Shown one piece after another: positions 56,361-64,000 of a DNA stretch of 64,000 nt (the first letter of the stretch is position 1; each line of letters opens with the position of its first letter). The position numbers and the translations under genes were made by a program. Origin of the DNA: Octopus vulgaris (lineage: Eukaryota); assembly GCA_951406725.2 (NCBI GenBank), contig OX597817.1, positions 117,800,001 through 117,864,000 of the forward strand, given 5' to 3'. The notes under the pieces were generated by a model. The model was not told the DNA's origin. It saw only the letters and a program-made list of their open reading frames with translations, and did not search any database.

Positions 56361-56685
56361 AAGTGAGTGCGATAGAGAGAGAGAGATGGCTATATAAATA
56401 TGTGTAAATTCAAATTGGCTCGGGTTAGAAAGACTAACTGCATAGCCTGTCAGACACCGTTATAGAGCGAAAGTCGATCGTATTACACAAAGTACATTTT
56501 GAAGTCCCTGAATATTCGTAGACTATATATACAAAAATAAACGAAAAAAAAATCGTACTAACGTTGCAGTATTTCAAAGCAAAGGCAAAAGATATAACTC
56601 AACTCTAACCAACCTAATATGGACACTCACGGAAAAGACAATGCAACACAGCTACTGGTCTCTGATAAAGATTGCGCACCGCACA

Positions 56686-56732
<47 letters not shown>

Positions 56733-57686
56733 CAGACAAATATATATAAAGATATAGAGAGATGGACAGGGTGATAGATAGATAAACGCATATATATATA
56801 TATATATATGCATATGTATGTGCATGTAAATAAATATGAATGGATATGCACTTCGTCAAATTATTTGATTATGGAATGCTCATCGTTGTATCAGACGCCC
56901 TCTCTATTCGCTGATGGGACTATATTTTCACACGTTCCATTATACATCGTAATTTTTACACGCTGCCTGTGTAAAGAATATCATCTCACAGAAAACCACA
57001 CTATATTGCCTTCAACGAAGCTTATACGTGAATTATGACGTATAGATGTGCATTTTAGTCTAATATTGCTACAACTGATGGCTATTACAATGTGATACTG
57101 CTTCAAGTTTATTAAACTGTAGATATATATGATCGATTTCTGCTGACACTTTATTTAAAGTTCTATACATCGCCATTTCGTATTCGCTACAAAATCTGAG
57201 CAGAATGTATGTGCCGAATGGATTCACACAAAATACTTTGTGGTATTTGTCCCAACGGTATACCTCTTTTGCTCTAATCCTTACAAGGATGAGTTTGCCT
57301 TTCAAACCACCAGAAAAGGCAAAATATAGCACCAGCCAAGTAGTGATTGCGTTATAGTCGATTAACTCCTCTTCCAGCCCATTCCACTCCTGCCCTCCTC
57401 TAAGTTATGCTCTGTTGTTCCTGTTGTAAGAAATTTAAAAAATAAGTTACACCCGTATACTGATAACATAGCCAAATAAATTTACCTTCTCTAACATATA
57501 TCATATAACTATGTATATGAATTTATGTGTAATTATTTGTGCTTGAGTTCTCAGTTTCTGATAGGATATATCGCCATTTTTAAATATGTGCATCAACATA
57601 GAGTATATATAAACGTAACAAAATATTTTTTTTTAATTTATCATGTAGCTGAATTTCAATAAGCTATTTGAAAAGACAAATGTCAT

Positions 57687-58570
57687 CCTTAATTCCGATT
57701 TTCATACATTCATTAATTAGCGCTCGACGGATTTTGTAAACTTGCTCATTTAATTTCTTTCCCTCCTTATATAATACGTACTGAGATCTCATCACATTCT
57801 GTCTCTATTTAACATCCTGTTTTTTTTTTTTTACTTCATATGTAGCTAACCTAATCTCTGTAGCTCGAAAATAATTGTCATCGAAAGATGACCATCAGTA
57901 ATATAATACTTAGGAAAAATGTATAAAATAAATTACTGAATCTGATTGTGACGCTCAATGATGCTTATTGCACCCACATCCAAAGAGAGAGTATAAAGAA
58001 GGTATTAGTATTCTTATTATTATTATTATCGCCATTATTTTATTATTATTATATTGCATTATTATTATTATTAGTATTATATTATTATTATTACGTAACA
58101 TTTTTATAGCGTTTTTTCACTACCGAGCGCAGCTTTATCATGTATGTGCTGATTTGTTTGATGCTCTGATGGATATTGTATGGAAAGTGACGTAGGAATG
58201 TGCAGTGCCTTAATTCCGATTTTTATTCATTCAGTAATTAGTCCTCGACGGATTTTGTATGTATTTGTCTGAATTTTTTTTATCCTCCTTATGCATATAA
58301 TACGTACTTAGATCTCAGGTTCACATTCTGTCTCTATTTAACATCCTTTGTTTTTTACTTCATATGTAGCTAACCTAATCTCTAGCTCGAAAATAATTGT
58401 CATGGAAAGATGACCATCAGTAATGATAATACTTAGGAAAAAATGTATAAAATAAATTACTGAAACTGATTGTGACGCTCAATGATGCTTATTGCACCCA
58501 CATCCAAAGAGAAGGTATAAAGAAGGTATTATTATTGTTATTATTATTATTATTATTATCATTATTATTA
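57687..58570 (+). repeat. Direct duplication of ~320 bp plus (TTA)n on both sides of a LINE 3' fragment
   Basis: 57687-58006 aligns with 58208-58530; each copy is followed by TTA repeats. Confidence 0.9.
58094..58210 (-). mobile_element. Degenerate 3' end of an R4/Dong-type LINE
   Basis: Matches about 9300-9438 (tttttatagcg...cactaccgagcgcagct...gatgctctgatgg...gtgcagtgcct). Confidence 0.8.
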
Positions 58571-59951
58571 ATTTGTACAAGAGAATGCAGTATTCCACAA
58601 ACAAGATAATTAAAATCATTCGCATAAAGTAAGGACACTTGAAATAAGAAGGGATATCAATAGTACTTTGCAAATCGTAAGAAATTCATCCATATGTATT
58701 GGTAACAGACAATTCGGTTAAATATTCTTGAGTATAATTTGAAATATTCAGTCGGGCGTACTGAAATCTAGCATGTTTACTTCTACAGCAAAGAGCATAT
58801 TTTATTCATGAGTTACGTTTCACATTATGTGTATTGAACCCTAAATCTGAACAATGCTTAGCAATCATGCATGCATATTTCAGCCATTACATATACATTT
58901 GATCAAATATACATATGAATTAAAATAAAATAGAATTGTAGACACAAACAGTCAATATAAATATTATATTGTATAGAAAATACTATTTAAATTAATTTCT
59001 TTGAGATTGTAATAGATATTGAACTACAATTGACCAATGGAACTGTGGAATTGGAACTTCATGTTGATTATATTTTTTGGCTGAGTGAATTCAAATCACA
59101 TTTACAGATACATGTCCTACATTGAGATCTACATTTTATGTATCTTCGCTGAGAATTCTATTACGTAAAAGAGAATTAGATTTATTAGCATAATAATTAT
59201 AATATAATTGACAGAGATAGGATTTAGTGAATATATCTTGATTAAAGTAACGCAAATAAAGTCACCAACATTAACCATCGTCGATCTAAGACTTCATTAA
59301 GTCATAATAGTGTATGCTACACGAAAACACCAATGCATTGAACACGGTTTCTAGTAGAACTTATCTTCCACCAATAGTATATAGACGAATGTTAATTGCT
59401 CCACTTTAATTACACATATTTTTCTGTATTGTAGCCATAGTTAATATAACGCTGATTTCTTTGATCGTAGTTGATAAATAGTTTGATTTTATTTAACATA
59501 TAATAATTAAGAGGATGACTAGTAATTTGCCTTTGAAAATAGTCGCATCTATTAGTATCTCATGATTTCTTTTGATTATAATTTAGTATCTGGGAAGTTA
59601 AATATTAAGCATCTAACACGCCGTGCTATGTATCTCAATAAGATCATTGGTGGTTAATAAGATTGTAATTTTCCGGACCATTAACCTCATCATTAGAGTT
59701 TATATTTACAACAACTTCAGCTACACGTTTGACCAGTTTTGATATTCAGTGTCACCTTGTGTCATATCAATGGATGAGTACATGCGACAGTAGCCTTGTG
59801 GAAGAGAAAACTATATCCAGATACTAAACATAACATTCTATACTTCTAGTCCACGCCGAGAATATTAAAGCTGCTGGCAATCGGATATTAATTAGGAAAT
59901 TAGTAGTTCAAATACATAATGCATGATATATACATATACATATACTTATGG

Positions 59952-59976
59952 TAATAATAACAACAACAATTGTAAC

Positions 59977-60049
<73 letters not shown>

Positions 60050-60057
60050 TAACAATG

Positions 60058-60136
<79 letters not shown>

Positions 60137-60146
60137 TAATAACAAT
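59952..60146. repeat. (TAA)n microsatellite
   Basis: Directly visible. Confidence 0.95.
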
Positions 60147-60649
60147 ATGAGAGCTCTACACTTAATAAAAACATGGATGTGCTACGCCGGCCTATCCATT
60201 CAAGAACAAATCTAATATAATAACATCAGCGAAATGGGATCAAGGAAGCTGTGGAAGACTTGAAGGCGATTGTCTTTTAACGAGAATAATCACAAAAACG
60301 ATTATTCTCATATGCACGATGTCCCTGTGAAACATGTGCAAAATGCACACGCGAAATCAACACCGGATTGTTTGCAAATTATAATATAAATGTGACAAAA
60401 TAGTAAGTACATAAATTGAGTAATTATGCATACACTCGAATGTCTACACAATCATATATACATTTTAATACCCATAGGACCACGTATACATTTCAACGTT
60501 TACACAACTACGTGAAATTTACTGGACACGCAAACACACATTTGAAAACACGTATCACAAACAAAACAAAATAAAACAAAACACAAAACAAAGCAATTTC
60601 TTTATTCTTTCGAACTCACACACAGAGTGCGAACAAATCATTAGTTTAA

Positions 60650-62548
60650 AAACAACAGAAAAAACTATGCCCGGAAATGAATCTATCAACAAAAAATACA
60701 GTCGAATACAGGTCTGTTAGCCTTAACAAGCTACGTTTACATGCAGAGAACTCGGAGGCGGTGTTGTGTCAAAACATTAACCCTAAAAAGACAGATCCTT
60801 CTCCTAAAGTTAACGTACAAGCTCGGCATGCTTCATTTAAAAATTACAATGCGGATTTGTCATCAGCCGGAACACCAAAGATCGCGTAATCGAATGTTGA
60901 ACGAGATTGGAACGTCAGTTATTGGTTCAAATTTTCCCAGAACAAGGACCTGGAAGTATTCGACAACAAGAATATTCAAACAAATGGCCATCCATACTCG
61001 TCATCAAATAACTGAAAGAAAAAAAATGAAACATGGTCTATTGGAGATAATAAAGAAGTTCTTACGGCTTTCTATCATGACTTATATTTCCCCAACAAAT
61101 ACATTTAATATTGTACAAACTTACTTAGACTGGAGACAGAAACACATTGAAGTAAGCCCCTACAAAGACAGTAACAAACGTGCCAACGTCAGAAGAAACA
61201 TGATGTAAAAAGAATTACTAAATAAATTAGAGATTGACCAAATTAAACAATCAGTAAGGGATCAACGGAACGAAACTTTATCTAAAGAAGATAGTGCAGA
61301 GGAAATAATCATAGACCAGCCCAGGGCTGATGAAAATGCAATAATGACTGAAAGAGTTAATGTAACTGATAAGCGAAGTGAAGTACACTCTGAAACAACC
61401 ATATATACTAAAGCAGATGAAAATCAAAGAAATGAAGAAAGTCACACAGAAATTCACACAACAGGACTACATGATCTAAAAATTCAAATCATGATTAAAT
61501 GGCTGAAAATTAAAGAAACCAATATGAATGGTAAAATCCGCCTTGCACTTAAGGATATATGTACTATGCATCCGCGAAAATCGCAACGATTCTATGTGGT
61601 AGACAAAACATCTACTTGGCTGGAGCGAATTGAACATCAAATTCAACTACTTAAGTATGACATAGGATGTTTAAAAAACCTTAAGTTTTACAAGACAATC
61701 AAACCAACAAAAATTCAAACATTATAGGAAAATATAAAATAGAAACCATATTTGTCATCGAAGCCACCATAGAAATGATCAAACAATGTGTGCTAAAGCT
61801 GCCCGCATAGCAATGTATGAAAAGCGCATTAGATTCGTCAAGGACAACATATTAAAACATAACCCAAAACATTTTTGCAGGAAGATAGGGAAAATACCAA
61901 TTACAGTAGAGTCTGTCCCATCAAAAGAAGAGGTGCAGGAATTTTGGTATAAAATTTGGGCAGAAGAAAAAACACAATCAAAGGGCCCCGTGGATTGATA
62001 CAATATCTACAGATTTAGATTCCTTAGAAGAGCAGATGTGGTAGTGGTGGTGGTGGGGTATCAAGTTAGAGAACGTAAGAACTGCTCTCGGGACGTCAAG
62101 CAAATGGAAGTCTCCAGGAGAGGATAAAATTCCTAACTTGTGGCTGAATGACTTCCCAGAGAGCCATGAACTGCTATAAAAACTGTACAACAATGTTTTG
62201 TAACAATATAGTATGATTCCCTCTTCGTTAGTTAATGGTGTAACATTCCTACTGCCAAAAAAGGAAGAAACAAACGAACCAAAAAATTAGAGGCATAACC
62301 TGCTTAACAACAATGTATAAAATGCTAACATTTGTGTTGACTGAATATACCTTTAGCTTTTTGATTTTAAATTAAAATATACCCTAATGTGTTAGAAAAG
62401 GATGTAAACTTATGTAAACTCAAGACAGAGCTGAATACAAGAAACAGGATCGAGGCGATCAGTATTGTAGCCATACCAGTCGTGACTTACAGTTTCAATA
62501 TCATTAAGTGGTCAAATACTGAAATATGTAATCTTGACAGAAAAATAA
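60650..62548 (+). mobile_element. Decayed R4/Dong-type LINE, N-terminal region and start of RT
   Basis: TWLERIEHQI, VPSKEEVQEFWYKIW, WKSPGEDKIPNLWL, VTFLLPKKEETNEPKN, CLTTMYKMLT; then a jump to KTELNTRNRIEAISIVAIPVVTYSF. Confidence 0.88.
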
Positions 62549-63004
62549 ACTGATGATGATGAGGAGGAGGAGGAGGAGGGGGACGACGAGGGGGAAGACG
62601 GGTGGGAGGAGGGGAAGATGGTGATGAGCAGGAGGAGGTGGAGGAGGTGGAAGAGGAGGAGGAGGACGATGATGATATATAGTAACGAATTTATTGACTG
62701 GATATCTTGCAGATTTTCTTTTGAATACCTATAGCTCATAACGTGCACTGAAACACAATCGCGATTATTTTATAAAACGTTATTTACAGTACATAATTAT
62801 AAATAAATACTATTTTATTGTGTTGGCCAAATTGTTTGTTCGTTTTGTGCTGACCGTAAAATTCAAGGCCTCTGACATATAGCTAACGTCAACATGCCCC
62901 TTGCGAATGCGAAACCGTTTGATACTTGACACTGCAACGTAGTTCGACACTAAGTTTTTATAATTCAAATCGAAGTTTGTATGATTCAGATCACCCTGGA
63001 AACG

Positions 63005-63860
63005 ATGAACCAAAAGCAACATTATCGACTCCACACGCTTTTATATTTTAAAATGCAAAAAACCAGCAGGAATCTAAAAGAGGATATGTGCTGTGTAAGG
63101 AGGAGATCCGGTTGCGGAAAGCGTGTGCCAGAACATGTTGTCCAGATTACAGGTGGGGAAATATTTCGGCTGAAGATACACCTCGCTCTGACCGGTTAAG
63201 TGAAATTAACTGTGACATCAATATCTCTTATACGACCAGGAATATAGCAAATGTTTCCCACATATTCAGAGGTGTATTTGAAAGCCATTTCCATCTACTT
63301 AGTTACTTCAGAAGACTCGGTGTTTTGATTGCGCATGAGCTGAATGAGGCTAAGCTTGACCAATGGATTTTCATCTAACGTTCGTAGCAGAAATGTAAAG
63401 AAAAGGAACTTTTTTGAAAACTACTGTAACAGGAGACGAAAAATTGATCACCTAACAACGTGAAGTGCAATGCACAATTGATTAAGGGAGAAGTGCGGGG
63501 AACCATTAAAAAAATTCTGCAAAGCTCCAAGAAGGCTTTCATTCGGAAGGATGGTTTCAACAATTTAAGAGTTATTTCCTCCACGGATATGATCTCTAAT
63601 TTGTATCTGTAGACACTAACTGGACAAATTAAACGCAGTGATCCACTAGAAGCTTGTAACGCTTGCTAATCATTCATCACGACAAGAGCGAGGCGCGGAT
63701 TTCTTTGTAGATGTGGCAGAAGTTACTTCAGCTTGGCTGAGAACTTTTGCCGCAACTTCCATATTCGCTGAAACGTGCGCCACATAATTCATTTAATGGA
63801 CATATTTTCAATTCTGAAGAATACAAAATTCATCTGAAAGAGTTTTCCGCCACTAACGAC
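63005..63860 (+). mobile_element. Decayed mariner transposase
   Basis: EDTPRSDR, LIAHELNE (from WVPHEL), VTGDEKLI, IHHDK and LLPQLPYS motifs; many stops. Confidence 0.8.
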
Positions 63861-64000
63861 TGGAAATTCTTGAGTAGGAAATAACACATCTACCCACAAG
63901 ATTGTAGAAAATACGGGAACGAAAAGAAAGTTAAATCATTGATTGAATGTACTCCCTTGTATTTAACAATAACAATTCTATCTGATTTACGTTTAAAAAG

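Noticed and set aside
56893-56968. Minus-strand acceptor followed by QRVKITMYNGTCENIV..., vaguely like a Kazal-domain end
   Set aside because: Too short, with no upstream partner exon found; cannot be distinguished from chance.

Overview
AT-rich eukaryotic DNA, very probably from an octopus or other coleoid cephalopod (inferred from the SINE families and the dense (TA)n/(TAA)n/(CA)n microsatellites). I found no intact host gene; most predicted ORFs are microsatellite artefacts. The window is dominated by decayed transposons: (1) about 14 fragments of R4/Dong-type non-LTR retrotransposons (RT, CCHC, REL endonuclease), mostly in (TAA)n arrays; (2) Neptune-type Penelope-like elements (RT, Cys linker, GIY-YIG) and short non-autonomous derivatives in (TA)n arrays; (3) two abundant tRNA-derived SINE families; (4) three mariner remnants, a CR1-type fragment and several foldback/MITE elements. 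The most interesting signal is about ten minimal type I hammerhead-ribozyme motifs on PLE-type termini, several with non-canonical cores (U3-A8, U4C, A6U). Other notable structures are a perfect 132-bp palindrome with a hammerhead on each strand, a 620-bp foldback with a telomere-like spacer, an apparent ~320-360-bp target-site duplication, and reiterated sequence at a PLE 5' junction. All calls were made by eye; boundaries of degenerate elements are approximate.
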